From positions 1 through 26,426 of the IMG/VR virus record IMGVR_UViG_3300044670_001957: a stretch of DNA of 26,426 bases; one strand, given 5' to 3'. A program made the translations under genes and the position numbers. Position 1 is the first letter of the stretch. Each line of letters opens with the position of its first letter. Below are positions 25,619 through 26,426 of the stretch, piece by piece. Source of the stretch: a virus. Taxonomy: Duplodnaviria; Caudoviricetes. The notes under the pieces were generated by a model. That model worked only from the letters and a program-made list of their open reading frames with translations, had not been told where the DNA came from and searched no databases.

Positions 25619-26426
25619 GCTAAATCTCCATCTAAAGGTATCGAACCGGGGACTGCAAAAACTACGTTGATATTAACTACCTTAGACGAAAAGCTCTCTA
25701 CCGAAACTCTCACCAAATAAGAAGTCTCATCGTCACCCACCATAGAAACGTCTACTGATCTTACCCTTAAAAGACGCTCCTCTGCCGTCATTTCTTGTAC
25801 CTTCGCCTGCTGACTCTCTATCGAAATGTGCGTGTCAAGCGCGTCCCTGACAGACTCCTTCAGAGACGAAATGACCCCCGCAGATACTTTTTGACCTATA
25901 AGACGATCCGCCGTACTCCCATAAAAAAGATGATAAGGGTTAGAACCCCTCTCTGTAAGCAATATCTTCGCAACCCTCTGATAAAGAAGATCATAACCCC
26001 CCACCATCTTCATGTTCCCATCATCTCCAAATCTTAAATCATTCTCCACTCCCGTACCCTCACACCTGCGACAATAACTCTTCTCCGTAGTGTACGAAAT
26101 CTTCAAAATAGACTCCGTTGTCACAGCCCTGCTCGTCTGTATCTTATACCCTATCGAACCCGATTGCTTCACTAGCTTCCAACTCGGAAATAACTCCCGA
26201 CTCTTAACTACATATTTCTGACTCCTAAACCCCAAAGAACTCAAACCACTACCCTCTAACTCTAACCTGCGGTAGCTCTGACCCCCACTCAATCGGATGC
26301 TCCCCCCCTCCGAGAACACAGCCAACCCAAAAGGCAACCTCGCTGAAATATAGTCTAATAAAGCCCTCTGCGTGAAAATCCTCGCAGGGAAGTCTATCTC
26401 AAGCAGAACTACCCCGTCCCCCGAAA
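25615..26426 (-). CDS. gp25/GPW-like baseplate wedge (sheath initiator) protein with N-terminal extension, 5'-truncated
   Basis: The C-terminal DLRF...G.MKMVGG.DLLYQRVAKILLTERGSNPYHLFYGS is the gp25 signature, and the gene immediately precedes baseplate J. The frame is open from the listed TTG (26337) to the window edge (..SGDGVVLLEIDFPARIFTQRALLDYISAR), so the real start lies outside. Confidence 0.8.
   Translation of the reverse strand, partial: SGDGVVLLEIDFPARIFTQRALLDYISARLPFGLAVFSEGGSIRLSGGQSYRRLELEGSGLSSLGFRSQKYVVKSRELFPSWKLVKQSGSIGYKIQTSRAVTTESILKISYTTEKSYCRRCEGTGVENDLRFGDDGNMKMVGGYDLLYQRVAKILLTERGSNPYHLFYGSTADRLIGQKVSAGVISSLKESVRDALDTHISIESQQAKVQEMTAEERLLRVRSVDVSMVGDDETSYLVRVSVESFSSKVVNINVVFAVPGSIPLDGDLA

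Noticed and set aside
813-26037. Numerous 60-130 aa plus-strand ORFs and short alternative-frame minus-strand ORFs in the ORF track
   Set aside because: All lie within or overlap long, motif-bearing minus-strand genes and have no recognisable motifs. They are best explained as antisense or alternate-frame shadows.
1-26426. Stop-codon reassignment (alternative genetic code)
   Set aside because: The standard code yields uninterrupted genes up to 5.3 kb at very high coding density, so no recoding is needed. TAG was not seen as a terminator here, but with only 12 stops that is uninformative.

Overview
This window holds a tightly packed minus-strand operon that most likely encodes the baseplate and fibre module of a large (jumbo-type) contractile-tailed phage. 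A phage-derived contractile injection system cannot be excluded, because no capsid, sheath or terminase gene is visible. In transcription order the genes are: a gp25/GPW-like wedge protein with a CxxCxGxG motif (5'-truncated), an enlarged baseplate-J-like protein (1101 aa), a gpI/gp7-like wedge protein (1602 aa) with HxH motifs and a 21-unit acidic repeat, three paralogous ~210-240 aa adaptor-like genes split by a 20-bp perfect inverted repeat, two paralogous giant virion proteins (1084 and 1761 aa) flanking a 1686-aa protein and a 233-aa protein, and a flavodoxin/NADPH-dependent FMN reductase. The 3' end of a plus-strand gene converges on the operon. The DNA itself shows two strong signals. 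CCAG/CTGG/CCGG (and GGCC/GGNCC) are nearly eliminated, to the point that Pro-Gly is scarce in the proteins. The heptamer CTGAAAT/ATTTCAG is heavily over-represented. Family calls come from motif recognition by eye, motif counts are manual and approximate, and no database searches were run.
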